60,175 bases of DNA. Source: Gemmatimonadales bacterium. GTDB lineage: Bacteria > Gemmatimonadota > Gemmatimonadetes > Gemmatimonadales > GWC2-71-9. Where the stretch lies: positions 1-60,175 of the forward strand of contig JAXIPC010000004.1 of NCBI GenBank assembly GCA_045403135.1. Direction: 5' to 3'. Below, one piece after another: positions 39,295 to 48,890 of this stretch (positions within the stretch are counted from its first letter, which is position 1; each line of letters starts with the position of its first letter). Below the pieces are notes generated by a model. It made no database searches and was not told the DNA's origin. It was given only the letters and a program-made list of their open reading frames with translations. A program made the position numbers and the translations under genes.

Positions 39295-40304
39295 GAGCGG
39301 GCCGCCGACTCGCGCTCGGCGAACTCGGCGCCGATGTGCTTGGCGAGCCCGACCTCGACGGACTGGACCGCGACCCGGATCGCGTGGTGGATCGCGTTGC
39401 CGTTGGAGGAGCCGTGACAGATGATGGACACGCCCTTGACCCCGAGCAGCGGGGCACCGCCGTACTGCGAATAGTCCAGCATCCGGAAGGCCGAGCGAAT
39501 TTCCTTGCGCTCCCACATGTCCGGCGCGGCGTCTTCGGCCAGATGTCTCACCAGGTACATCACCGATTCGTAGAACTTGAGCACCACGTTCCCGACGAAG
39601 CCGTCGCAGACCACGACGTCGAGGCGGCCGTGCTTCGGGTGTCCGCCGAGGATGTCGCGGCCTTCGATGTTGCCGATGTAGTTGAGCCGGGCATCGCGCG
39701 TGAGCAGGCGGTGGGCCTCCTTCACGAGAGCGGTACCCTTCTCTTCCTCTTCCCCGACATTGAGCAGTCCGACTTTGGGGGAGGGTCGGCTCAGGATGTC
39801 GCGCATGTAGACGGTGCCCAGGTGGGCGAACCCGACCAGCTCGCGGGCGGAGCAATCCACGTTGGCGCCGGCGTCCAGGGTCATGACCGGCCCGTCCACC
39901 GTGGGCAACAGCGCGCCGACCGTGGCACGGTCGACGCCGCCGTAGAGGCCGAGCAGCACGGTGGAGGCGGCCAGTATCGCGCCGGTGTTGCCGGCGGAGA
40001 TGAAGGCGTCGGATTTGCCTTGAGCCTGCAGGGTCAAGCCCACCACGAGGCTCGACTTCCGCTTCTTGCGAACAGCTTGGAGGGGCTTTTCCGCCATGCC
40101 GATGATCTCGGGCGCCTCGACGACTTCCACGCGACCTCGGTCGAGATCGGGGTGACGCTCGAGCTCGGCTTCGATCGCGCTGGTTTGGCCCACCAGCTGC
40201 ACCCCGAATGCCGGAGGCAACTCGCGCAGGGCGAGCCCGACACCCTCAACCTCGGTGCGGGGAGCCTGATCGCTTCCCATCGCGTCGAGCGCGACGCGGA
40301 TCAC
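39291..40304 (-). CDS. plsX: phosphate acyltransferase PlsX
   Basis: VIRVALDAMGSDQAP.., ..VVCDGFVGNVVLK... GTG 40304. Confidence 0.9.
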   Translation of the reverse strand: MIRVALDAMGSDQAPRTEVEGVGLALRELPPAFGVQLVGQTSAIEAELERHPDLDRGRVEVVEAPEIIGMAEKPLQAVRKKRKSSLVVGLTLQAQGKSDAFISAGNTGAILAASTVLLGLYGGVDRATVGALLPTVDGPVMTLDAGANVDCSARELVGFAHLGTVYMRDILSRPSPKVGLLNVGEEEEKGTALVKEAHRLLTRDARLNYIGNIEGRDILGGHPKHGRLDVVVCDGFVGNVVLKFYESVMYLVRHLAEDAAPDMWERKEIRSAFRMLDYSQYGGAPLLGVKGVSIICHGSSNGNAIHHAIRVAVQSVEVGLAKHIGAEFAERESAARS

Positions 40305-40306
40305 GC

Positions 40307-40489
40307 TCAGCTGTCCTCGACCTCGAGGCGCTTCTTGCCGGCGTAGTACCCGCAGGACCCGCACACGCGGTGGGGCAGTCGGGCGGATCCGCAGCGAGGA
40401 CAGGCCTGGGTAGCCATCCCGGCACCGGTATGGTGCCCGCGGCGCAGCCGCTTCCTGCGCTTCGACATCTTTCTCTTGGGAACAGCCAT
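40307..40489 (-). CDS. rpmF: 50S ribosomal protein L32
   Basis: MAVPKRKMSKRRKR.. with CPRCG..CGSCG zinc ribbon. Confidence 0.95.
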   Translation of the reverse strand: MAVPKRKMSKRRKRLRRGHHTGAGMATQACPRCGSARLPHRVCGSCGYYAGKKRLEVEDS

Positions 40490-40502
40490 GACGTCCTCGA
40501 GT

Positions 40503-40967
40503 CTAGGAGGTGGGGGCGCCGCACCCGCACGCCCCGCGATTCAAATCGGCCCCACAACGCGGGCACAGCCCGCGGCAATCTTCCCGGCAGAGCGGAAATG
40601 CGTCCACCGCGAGCGCCAGCTCCTCTCGGACCGCCGGCTTTACATCCACCCGGGCCACGGGTTCCACCATCGGGTAGACGCTGGGATCGTCCTGGAGGTC
40701 CGGATCCGGTGAAAACAGGACCTCCACCGACTGGGCAACCGGCATGACGAATTCGGTCAGGCACCGACGGCAAACCGAGCGAACCTGACCTTCCAGCCGG
40801 CCATGCCAGAAAAAGCCATCCTGGCCGGCGCGCTCCAGCGTTCCCCAGACGGAGAGCGGGCCATCGAGAGGAACCTCGAGTCCCTCGAACAGCGGATCAG
40901 CGGCAGCGAGTTCGCCGGTCGTCTCGACCGGACCGTGGCGGAGCTCGCGAATGTCAACCTCTAGCAT
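40503..40967 (-). CDS. yceD: YceD/DUF177 family protein
   Basis: Conserved position upstream of rpmF. ..CRRCL.. and C-terminal ..CREDCRGLCPRCG.. Confidence 0.8.
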   Translation of the reverse strand: MLEVDIRELRHGPVETTGELAAADPLFEGLEVPLDGPLSVWGTLERAGQDGFFWHGRLEGQVRSVCRRCLTEFVMPVAQSVEVLFSPDPDLQDDPSVYPMVEPVARVDVKPAVREELALAVDAFPLCREDCRGLCPRCGADLNRGACGCGAPTS

Positions 40968-41000
40968 AGCCCCTAAAGCTACATGGGAGAGGGACTTAGG

Positions 41001-41429
41001 TCAAACCAGCCCGGCCCGCTCCGCCTCACTCCAGAAGAACGCGATTTCCCGGGCTGCATTCTCGTCGCTGTCCGACCCATGGACGGCGTTCCGGCCCTTG
41101 GATTCGGCGTAGAGCTTTCGAATGGTGCCCGCCGCCGCCTCGGCAGGATCGGTGGCTCCGATCGTCGTGCGGAAGGCCGCGACCGCCCCATCCCGCTCGA
41201 GGGCCATCGGGAAGCAGGGTCCGCTGCTCATGAAGGTCACCAGCTCTTCGTAAAACGGCCGCCCCCGGTGCACCTCGTAGAAGGCCTCAGCCTGGGCGCG
41301 AGTGAGCTTGATCAGCCGCGCCGCACGTACCCGGTAGCCCTCGCGCTCGATGTGGGCTGCGATCGCGCCGAGCTTGCCGTTGGCCACCGCGTCGGGTTTG
41401 ATGATGGCGAGAGTCTGGTTCCCTGCCAC
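41001..41429 (-). CDS. ndk: nucleoside diphosphate kinase
   Basis: ..[10 protein letters not shown].., ..NAVHGSDS.. Confidence 0.95.
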   Translation of the reverse strand: MAGNQTLAIIKPDAVANGKLGAIAAHIEREGYRVRAARLIKLTRAQAEAFYEVHRGRPFYEELVTFMSSGPCFPMALERDGAVAAFRTTIGATDPAEAAAGTIRKLYAESKGRNAVHGSDSDENAAREIAFFWSEAERAGLV

Positions 41430-41444
41430 GTTGAGCTCCTTGTC

Positions 41445-41465
41445 CAGGATTCAGGATTCAGGATT
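41445..41465. repeat. tandem heptamer (CAGGATT) x3 in the sucD-ndk spacer
   Basis: Read directly. Related CCTGATTCC/CTGACTCC motifs at 41491-41512 in inverted orientation. Confidence 0.7.
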
Positions 41466-41512
41466 CAGGGGCTCAGGGTAAGGCCGTTCCCTGACAACTG
41501 ACTCCTGATTCC

Positions 41513-42388
41513 TCACCCCTTGAGGGATTTCTTTACGAGTTCCACGACGTCGACGGGCCGCCGCATGATCCCGATGCCCGCCGCTTCGAAGGCGTGGATC
41601 TTCTCCTCCGCGGTGCCGGACGATCCGGAGATGATCGCTCCGGCGTGTCCCATCCGGCGGCCCTTCGGCGCCGTCTGTCCCGCGATGAAACCCACCACCG
41701 GCTTGGTGACGGAGCTCCGAACGAACGCCGCGGCCTTCTGCTCGTCGGTGCCGCCGATCTCGCCCAGCATCACGATGGCATCGGTCGCGGGATCGTCCTG
41801 GAATCCGCCCAGGACGTCGATGAAGTTGGTGCCGATCAGCGGGTCGCCCCCGATTCCCACGCACGTGCTCTGCCCAATACCCTGCCGGGTGAGGTGATTC
41901 ACGACTTCGTACGTCAGGGTACCGCTCCGGGAGACCAGGCCGACCCGCCCCGCTTTGCAGATCTGCCCGGGGATGATGCCCACTTTGGCGACCCCGGGCG
42001 TAATCAGCCCGGGGCAATTGGGGCCCAGCAGCCGGCTCCCCCTTTCCCGGACGAACGGAATGACCCGCGCCATGTCCAAGACCGGGATTCCCTCGGTGAT
42101 GCACACGATGAAGCGAATTCCGGCGTCGGCGGCCTCGGCGATGGCCCCGGCCGCGAGCGCCGGCGGGACATAGATCACCGAGGTATTAGCACCGGCGTTT
42201 CGTACCGCCTCGGTCACGGTATGAAAGATCGGTACCGTGCCATCGAACGATTGGCCGCCCTTGCCGGGCGTGACGCCGGCGACCACGCAGGTTCCATAGG
42301 CGATCATCTGCCGGGTGTGGAACGAGCCGTCCCGCCCGGTGATGCCCTGCACCACGAGGCGGGTGGAGGCGTCGACGAAAATGCTCAC
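41513..42388 (-). CDS. sucD: succinyl-CoA synthetase alpha subunit
   Basis: ..[12 protein letters not shown].., ..SRSGTLTYE.., ..MGHAGAII.. Confidence 0.95.
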   Translation of the reverse strand: MSIFVDASTRLVVQGITGRDGSFHTRQMIAYGTCVVAGVTPGKGGQSFDGTVPIFHTVTEAVRNAGANTSVIYVPPALAAGAIAEAADAGIRFIVCITEGIPVLDMARVIPFVRERGSRLLGPNCPGLITPGVAKVGIIPGQICKAGRVGLVSRSGTLTYEVVNHLTRQGIGQSTCVGIGGDPLIGTNFIDVLGGFQDDPATDAIVMLGEIGGTDEQKAAAFVRSSVTKPVVGFIAGQTAPKGRRMGHAGAIISGSSGTAEEKIHAFEAAGIGIMRRPVDVVELVKKSLKG

Positions 42389-43524
42389 GCCGCCCCCTTG
42401 GCGAGCTCGACCGCCTGCTTGACCGCCTCGTCCATGTCGGACAGCGCCCGCATGCCGACCGCCTGGAGAATCTCGAAGGCTTTCTCCTCGTTCGTCCCGG
42501 TGAGCCGGATGACGACCGGCACGCTCACCTTGAACTGCCGGGTCGCTTCGACGATCCCGTTGGCGACGTCATCGGTGCGGGTGATACCGCCGAAAATGTT
42601 GAAGAGAATCGACTTCACCGCCGGGTCGGCGGTGATGATCTTGAGCGCGGCGACCACCTTCTCGGGATTGGAGCTGCCTCCGATATCCAGGAAGTTGGCC
42701 GGCTCGCCCCCGTAGTACTTCACCAAGTCCATTGTCGCCATGGCGAGCCCGGCCCCGTTCACCACGCAACCCACGTTGCCGTCGAGCTTGATGAAGGTGA
42801 GTCCGGCCAACCGCGCGGCCACCTCGCTCGGGGCCTCGGCCGAATCATCCCGGAGCGCGGCGAGGTCGGGACGGCGGTCCAGCTCGTTGTCGTCCACCGA
42901 AAGTTTGGCATCCAGCGCCAGCACCTGCCCCAGTGGCGTCGTGATGAGGGGATTGATCTCGGCGAGCGAGGCGCCATTGCCGACGAAGACCTGATAGAGC
43001 TGCTGCATGATCTTCGCGGCGGCGCGCGCCTGGGAAAAATCAGGGTAGAGCGAAAGAGCCAATCCAAGAGCCTGGTGGCCGAACAGGCCGTACCGCGGAT
43101 CGACCGCGATCCGTACGATCTGTTCGGGCGTGGCGGCCGCCACCTCCTCGATATCCACGCCTCCGGCTGCGCTGACCATGAACACCGGGCGCTGGGTTTC
43201 CCGGTCCATGATGAGGCCGACGTAGCTCTCGGTGACGATGTCCTCGGCCGGGACCACGAGGACCCTGGTGACTACGAGACCCTTGATGGCCATCCCAAGA
43301 ATCCGGCCGGCCACCTCACGCGCGTCGGCGGAGTTCTTCGCCAGTTTCACCCCGCCGGCCTTCCCCCGGCCGCCAACATGCACCTGCGCCTTCACGACCA
43401 CAGGACGGTCGAGCCGCCGGGCGATCACTTCGACCTCCTCCGGGGTAGATGCCACATCGCCGTCGGGCATTGGAATCCCGGCGGCGCGGAGCAGTGCCCT
43501 CGCCTGATACTCGTGGAGATTCAA
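42385..43524 (-). CDS. sucC: succinyl-CoA synthetase beta subunit
   Basis: (M)[11 protein letters not shown].. from TTG 43524. The ORF-track ATG 43572 adds 16 non-conserved residues. Confidence 0.9.
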   Translation of the reverse strand: MNLHEYQARALLRAAGIPMPDGDVASTPEEVEVIARRLDRPVVVKAQVHVGGRGKAGGVKLAKNSADAREVAGRILGMAIKGLVVTRVLVVPAEDIVTESYVGLIMDRETQRPVFMVSAAGGVDIEEVAAATPEQIVRIAVDPRYGLFGHQALGLALSLYPDFSQARAAAKIMQQLYQVFVGNGASLAEINPLITTPLGQVLALDAKLSVDDNELDRRPDLAALRDDSAEAPSEVAARLAGLTFIKLDGNVGCVVNGAGLAMATMDLVKYYGGEPANFLDIGGSSNPEKVVAALKIITADPAVKSILFNIFGGITRTDDVANGIVEATRQFKVSVPVVIRLTGTNEEKAFEILQAVGMRALSDMDEAVKQAVELAKGAA

Positions 43525-43567
43525 ACCGGCCTCATTTGGGGGTGTGCGTTCGGGCCAAAGGTAACCC

Positions 43568-43596
43568 GTCATCGCGAGGCCCCGAAGGGGGCGTTC
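43568..43596. repeat. nested-palindrome repeat, 5' half unit (copy C)
   Basis: GTCATCGCGAGG + hairpin GCCCC-GAA-GGGGC, then diverges. Between the UPF0182-like stop and the sucC start. Confidence 0.5.
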
Positions 43597-45999
43597 CTAG
43601 CGCCTTCCGGGCGGCTCGAGCAGATCTCGCAAATAGGCAAGGGCGCGGCCAAGCTCCTGCAGATCTCCCCGCTTCAGCGCCGAGTCGGCGCGCTGCATCC
43701 AGCGCCGCGCCTGCTCCAGTACCGCCTCGGGACCGCTGCCTGTCGCGATCGCACCCACATGGCCCCGCAGGTTGCGCCAGGCCTCGTCGAGGGTGCGACC
43801 GGTACCGAGGTTCCGGTCGAGCATCACGTCGACCATCGCGAGCTGCGCCCGGCCGGTCGCGGGAACCGCCCATGCAGGCTGGTACGCGGCGATGCCGTCG
43901 CGGGCGATTGCGTGGCGCACTTTCCCGGGCTCGAAACGCCCGCCCGCGGCACGCACCGAGTCGTGGAGGGCCTGCTGGAAGGGGAATCTCTCCCATCGTT
44001 GCTTGAGCACCGAGGCGCGCTCGATGGTGTGGGCGGAATCGAGGCGGATCATCCGCACCGAATCACCCGATGGAGTTCGCCGGGCCAGGAGGAACCCGGT
44101 GATCTGGCGGCGGTCAACGCCAAGGAGAGGCACCAGCACTTCTCCGCCTCCGGGGGCCGAGGGTGGGACGACCTCTCTTCCTTCCGCATCGCGCTCGATC
44201 TGGCCGGCGCCCCAGGCGGGGTTCGCGAGGGCTCGTGCCTGCGCCAGGAACACTTCCTCGGGATACGGATCGCCGACCCGGAGATCCGCCGGGATCGCTC
44301 CGGGCGGCTCGATCAAGGGGCCCGTGATGCGCCCCCAGGCCGCGGCCAGGGAATCGGAAGGACTTCGCCGGAAAATCCGCACCGAGCCGGTGGCCGCATC
44401 AACCGTCCCGAGAAATGCGCTGCGCACCATGGTTGCGGGGCCGCCCGGCCATTCGATTCTCCCTGACGAGGGAAAGAGTCCAGAGGCCAGCACGCCGTCG
44501 CTGGTCCAGACGATAGCACCGCCGGAGATGCGGGCCCGGGGCCGGCTCCATTGGGCGAACGGCGCCGTGGCGTTGAGCCGGACGGCGGGATCGAGTCGCC
44601 AGCCGATTCGAGAGCCGGAGGGCGCGGTGAACGCCTTGGGCGCTTGGAGGGCCCAGGCCAGCATGACGCGCTTGGTCCACGTGTCCAGGACGATGCCTTT
44701 GGCTTCGGTGGAGATGTCGATATCGGGCGCGGTGGGCCGGAGACCGTGGGAGGGGAAGTCCCGGTAGATCGGGGCGCCCGGAGAGGTCGCGCTGTCACCC
44801 TCACGCCAGGCGAGAATTGCGCCCGATCCGGCCACCCGGTCGTCGGCGAGCGCGAGCAACGCGGGGGAACGACCCGGCATCTCCCGCACCATGAACCAGA
44901 CCGGGCGCGGGCTGCCTCCGGCCACGATCCAACCCTTCCCCGCGCTGGTCACCACACTGGAATCGGCGGCCGCAGCGAACGGCAGGATGGGCTCGTCCCA
45001 TAGCGTCGGGGTGAGCTCCATCGAGGGCACCGGAAGCCCCAACGGAGGGCCGTTCACTTCAGCGAGCGCAAAGGCAACCGAGTCGAGTGCCCGAGCGGCG
45101 GCGCGCCAGGTTTCGTCTTTGGTGGCCACCACGGTGCCGAACGGAAGCACCCGGCCCGCCAGCAGGGTCAGCCCCAGCAGTAGCCACATGACCAAGACTG
45201 CCGCGCCGCGAAAGCGCACCCACCAGAGAAAGCTGGTGACGGCGACGGCCGCGCCCAGTCCAGCCTGAATCTGGGAGACCAGCGAGCGGACCAGGAACTC
45301 GGAGTGCACCAGGGGCCCTCGAAGACCCGCAGCCAGACGAAACTCCTCCAGCACCGAGCCCCAGGCCAGCGCCAGCGCGAGAATCGCGAGCTGGATGGCC
45401 AAGTGCCCCCGCACCTGTGGTGAGACCCAGAGTCTGCGCTCCACAATGGCGACGGCGCCGCCTGCGGTATGCACCGCCAGCACGGCGGCCAGCCCGACGG
45501 CTGCCAGTCCCGTGGCCAGGTCCTGAAGGGCGAGCCACAGCGGGAAATCGCGCAGAAAGAATCCGAGGTCGACGCCAAGGAGAGGATCGGTGACGCCGAA
45601 CACGAAGCCGTCGAGGCTCAGCAGCAGCTGGTCGAGCCACTGCCCCGCGCCGCTGCCCAGCAGCACACCCAGCACCACGCCCGCGACCGACAGCGTCCAG
45701 CGGGGCACCCGCGCCGGCCAGAGCCGCGCCTGGGGTCGCTCCGGTGGCGGCCGGTCGGGCAGCGCGTTTCGCGCCGCGATCGCAAGATTGACCACGAACC
45801 AGGCGGCGGAGAGGAACAGCACGAGAAGCTCGAGCGAAAGGCCCAGCAACGCGCGCCGCGCGCCGGCCACCGCCGCCGCTTCGGAGACCGTGGATTCCCA
45901 GAGTCGTTGGGCGACGAATACCGACACCCAGCGGCCCGCCGAGAGCACGATGGCCAGGGCCACCAGGATGACCGCGACCCGCCGGCCGCGCCCGGACAC
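43597..45999 (-). CDS. large polytopic membrane protein, UPF0182-like
   Basis: About 7 N-terminal TM helices with ..TDPLLGVDLGFFLRDFPLWL.., resembling the UPF0182 DP.F..D..F..F.LP motif, then a roughly 500-aa soluble region. Recalled similarity only. Confidence 0.5.
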   Translation of the reverse strand: MSGRGRRVAVILVALAIVLSAGRWVSVFVAQRLWESTVSEAAAVAGARRALLGLSLELLVLFLSAAWFVVNLAIAARNALPDRPPPERPQARLWPARVPRWTLSVAGVVLGVLLGSGAGQWLDQLLLSLDGFVFGVTDPLLGVDLGFFLRDFPLWLALQDLATGLAAVGLAAVLAVHTAGGAVAIVERRLWVSPQVRGHLAIQLAILALALAWGSVLEEFRLAAGLRGPLVHSEFLVRSLVSQIQAGLGAAVAVTSFLWWVRFRGAAVLVMWLLLGLTLLAGRVLPFGTVVATKDETWRAAARALDSVAFALAEVNGPPLGLPVPSMELTPTLWDEPILPFAAAADSSVVTSAGKGWIVAGGSPRPVWFMVREMPGRSPALLALADDRVAGSGAILAWREGDSATSPGAPIYRDFPSHGLRPTAPDIDISTEAKGIVLDTWTKRVMLAWALQAPKAFTAPSGSRIGWRLDPAVRLNATAPFAQWSRPRARISGGAIVWTSDGVLASGLFPSSGRIEWPGGPATMVRSAFLGTVDAATGSVRIFRRSPSDSLAAAWGRITGPLIEPPGAIPADLRVGDPYPEEVFLAQARALANPAWGAGQIERDAEGREVVPPSAPGGGEVLVPLLGVDRRQITGFLLARRTPSGDSVRMIRLDSAHTIERASVLKQRWERFPFQQALHDSVRAAGGRFEPGKVRHAIARDGIAAYQPAWAVPATGRAQLAMVDVMLDRNLGTGRTLDEAWRNLRGHVGAIATGSGPEAVLEQARRWMQRADSALKRGDLQELGRALAYLRDLLEPPGRR

Positions 46000-46005
46000 G
46001 TCGGC

Positions 46006-47376
46006 CTACGCGGGCACGCGCTGCGCGGTGAGCCAGCCGGTCACCTCGGCGCGGTATCGCTCGAGGGCATCCGGACTGGTGGCTTCGAAGCGCAGCACGA
46101 GCACTGGCTGAGTATTGGACGCGCGGAGGAGGCCCCACCCGTGCGGGAAGGAGATCCGCACGCCGTCGATCGGGTTGATGGGGTATCGCGCGGCGAAGTG
46201 CGCTGCAGCCTCCTTCACGATCGCGAACTTCAGATCGTCCGGACAAGCCACCCTGATTTCCGGGGTGGTGGAGGTCGGGGGAAGATCGGCCAGAAGCCGG
46301 GAAAGGCCCGGCGCGCCGTGACTCACGATCTCGAGCAGCCGCGCCGCCGCAAACAATGCGTCATCGAAGCCGAACCAGTCGCCGCCGAAGAAGATGTGTC
46401 CGCTCATCTCCCCTGCGAGCGGCGCGCCGGATTCCTTCATCCGGGCCTTGATCAGAGAGTGGCCGGTCTTCCACATCTCGGGTCGCGCTCCGGCCTCGGC
46501 CAGCGCTTTAGGCAACAGGTCGGAACACTTGACATCGAAAATCACCGGGATGCCGGGTCCGAAGCGGCGGACCGCGTCACGGCCGAGGATGATGAGGAGC
46601 TGATCGCCATAGAGGATCGCGCCGGTCTCGTCCACCGCCCCGATGCGATCGCCGTCGCCGTCGAACCCGATCCCCAGTTCCGCGCCGGTGGTCCGCACCA
46701 CCCGCTGCAGGTCCTTGAGGTTCTCGGCAACGGTCGGATCGGGGTGGTGGTTGGGAAACGTCCCGTCCGACTCGGCGAAGAGCGGTGTCACCTCGGCTCC
46801 CATCGCCTGGAGGGTACTGATCGCGATCAAACTCGAGACGCCGTTGCCGCAATCGACCACCACCTTGACGGGGCGACTCAGCCGGTGCCGAGCCACGATG
46901 GCCTCGCGGTACGCCGGCAGGACCGAGGCATCGGCGCTCTCCCGCCCCCGGCCGGCGCGCCACTCCTCCTTCACGATCAGCTCGTAAAGGTCGAGGATGG
47001 CCTCGCCGTGGATGGGGTCTCCGGCGAGGACCATCTTGAAGCCGTTGAATTCCGGAGGGTTGTGGCTGCCGGTGACCTGCAGCCCGCCGTCGGCTTGGAG
47101 GTGGTGGATCGCGAAGTAGAGTGCCGGCGTAGGCAGCTCCCCGACGTCGATGGCGTGGGCCCCGGCATCGACGATACCGGCCCGGACCGCCTGACTCAGC
47201 GCGGCGCCGGAGGGCCGGTTGTCGCGACCCACCGCGAGCACCGGGACTCGCCCCAGCCGCTCCCACGCCGTCGTGGCATACGCCCGTCCCAGCGCCTTGG
47301 CAAACGCGGGACTCAGCTCGCTGCCGATGACGCCGCGAACGTCGTACTCCCGAAAAACCGACTTCGGGACATTCAC
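46006..47376 (-). CDS. phosphomannomutase/phosphoglucomutase
   Basis: ..FREYDVRG.., phosphoserine loop ..LQVTGSHNPPEFNGFK.., ..GFDGDGDR... GTG 47376 lies 2 nt after the nuoN stop. Confidence 0.9.
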   Translation of the reverse strand: MNVPKSVFREYDVRGVIGSELSPAFAKALGRAYATTAWERLGRVPVLAVGRDNRPSGAALSQAVRAGIVDAGAHAIDVGELPTPALYFAIHHLQADGGLQVTGSHNPPEFNGFKMVLAGDPIHGEAILDLYELIVKEEWRAGRGRESADASVLPAYREAIVARHRLSRPVKVVVDCGNGVSSLIAISTLQAMGAEVTPLFAESDGTFPNHHPDPTVAENLKDLQRVVRTTGAELGIGFDGDGDRIGAVDETGAILYGDQLLIILGRDAVRRFGPGIPVIFDVKCSDLLPKALAEAGARPEMWKTGHSLIKARMKESGAPLAGEMSGHIFFGGDWFGFDDALFAAARLLEIVSHGAPGLSRLLADLPPTSTTPEIRVACPDDLKFAIVKEAAAHFAARYPINPIDGVRISFPHGWGLLRASNTQPVLVLRFEATSPDALERYRAEVTGWLTAQRVPA

Positions 47377-47378
47377 GC

Positions 47379-48890
47379 CTACCGTCCGATTCCCACAACC
47401 GGGGCGCTGCCCGCCGCGCCGAGCGAACCCGCGGTGTCCATCGCCGAAGCGAGGGCGGACGCGGGCAGAATGCCCACCAGGATGACGACCACCACGGCCA
47501 GGCCAACGGTGACGACGGCCGGGCGCGGAAGGCCGGCGCCCTCGTGGGAGCCCGCGCCGCTTGGTTCCCGCATATAGGCCGCCATGATCACCGGCAGATA
47601 GTAACCCGCGGAGAGCAGCGTGGTGAGCACCAGGATCACCGCGAGCACTACCTGCTTCACTTCGACGACGGCGGCCAGAATGGCCCACTTGCCGACGAAT
47701 CCGAAGGTGCCCGGGAAGCCCAGCAGCGAAAGCATGCAGACGGTCAACGCGAAGGCCAGGTAGGGGCGGCGGCGCGCCAGGCCGGCGATCGAATCGAGCG
47801 TCACCTCGCGCTCGCCGCCGCGCCCGAGCACGCTCAGAATTCCGAATGCGGCAAGGGATGTGAGGGTATACGCGGCCAGGTAGAGCAGCGTAGCGCCCGA
47901 GCCGAGCCGCGTGCCCGGCCACAGCGCGGTGAGGAGGTATCCCGCGTGCGCGATCGAGCTGTACGCCAGCATCCGCTTGAGCGATCGCTGGCTCAGCGCC
48001 ACCAGGTTCCCGAGCACCATCGAGGCGACCGCCAGCGCGGCCACCACCGGCTGCCAGGTCTCCTGGGCACCGGCGAAGGCCTCGTAGAGGATCCGGGCGA
48101 GGGCGAGGAACCCCGCGGCCTTGACGCCGGTGGCCATGAAGCCAGTGACCGGCGTGGGTGATCCATCGTAGACGTCGGGGGCCCACATGTGGAACGGCAC
48201 CGACGCCACCTTGAATCCCATCCCGATGAGGAGCAGCCCCAGGCCCAGCTTGCCGAGCAGCGGCGGCGGCGCTTCCCCGAAGCGCGCGCCGATCGCGGCG
48301 AGACCGGTGCTGCCGGTGGCGCCCCAGAGGAGGGCGATGCCATAGAGCAGAAACGCCGACGCGAAGGCGCCGATCAGAAAGTATTTGAGCGCCGCCTCCG
48401 CCGAGAACACGCTGCCTCGGTTGAATCCCGCCAGGACGTACACCGATACCGACATCACCTCGAGCCCCAGGAACAGGACGATGAGGTCTTCGGCCCCCGC
48501 CATGAACATCATGCCCGAAGCCGCGAAGAGCACCAGTGAGTAGTACTCCGGCGCGATGAGCCCTTCGCGCTCCAGGTAACCGAGCGAGAGGAGGATCGTA
48601 CCCGCGGTGGCAATCAGTATCAGAGCGAGCGCCGCGAACCGGAAGGGATCGAGCGCCACCATGTAGGCCGGCCCGTCCGGCCGCGCCCCGCCCACCCAGA
48701 GATAGGCCAGAGCGATCGCGCTGGGGACCAGGCTGGCCAGCGCCAGGTACCCGGACAGGCGGCTGTCCCGGGGCGTGGTGTGGCGCCAGGCGTTCACCAG
48801 GAGCACCACCAGGGCGCCGACGGTCAGCGCGATCTCCGGCAGCAGAGCCAGGGTGACACCCATCGGTGTGGTCAGGTCGAGGGGCCTCAC
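47379..48890 (-). CDS. nuoN: NADH-quinone oxidoreductase subunit N
   Basis: Polytopic, ..FMAGAEDLIVLFLGLEVMSVSVY.., ..PFHMWAPDVYDGSPTPV... GTG 48890 overlaps the nuoM stop (alternative ATG 48863). Confidence 0.9.
   Translation of the reverse strand: MRPLDLTTPMGVTLALLPEIALTVGALVVLLVNAWRHTTPRDSRLSGYLALASLVPSAIALAYLWVGGARPDGPAYMVALDPFRFAALALILIATAGTILLSLGYLEREGLIAPEYYSLVLFAASGMMFMAGAEDLIVLFLGLEVMSVSVYVLAGFNRGSVFSAEAALKYFLIGAFASAFLLYGIALLWGATGSTGLAAIGARFGEAPPPLLGKLGLGLLLIGMGFKVASVPFHMWAPDVYDGSPTPVTGFMATGVKAAGFLALARILYEAFAGAQETWQPVVAALAVASMVLGNLVALSQRSLKRMLAYSSIAHAGYLLTALWPGTRLGSGATLLYLAAYTLTSLAAFGILSVLGRGGEREVTLDSIAGLARRRPYLAFALTVCMLSLLGFPGTFGFVGKWAILAAVVEVKQVVLAVILVLTTLLSAGYYLPVIMAAYMREPSGAGSHEGAGLPRPAVVTVGLAVVVVILVGILPASALASAMDTAGSLGAAGSAPVVGIGR

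Noticed and set aside
45469-47577. 702-aa ORF on the + strand (likewise 17119-18729, 48866-50572, 50576-52837, 22424-23764, 23814-25364, 21393-22583)
   Set aside because: All are antisense to confidently identified genes (UPF0182-like/pmm, rpoN, nuoM, nuoL, kdsA/kdsC, pyrG, kdsD). They have a biased R/G/P/H/D composition and no recognisable motifs, so they are GC-driven artefacts.
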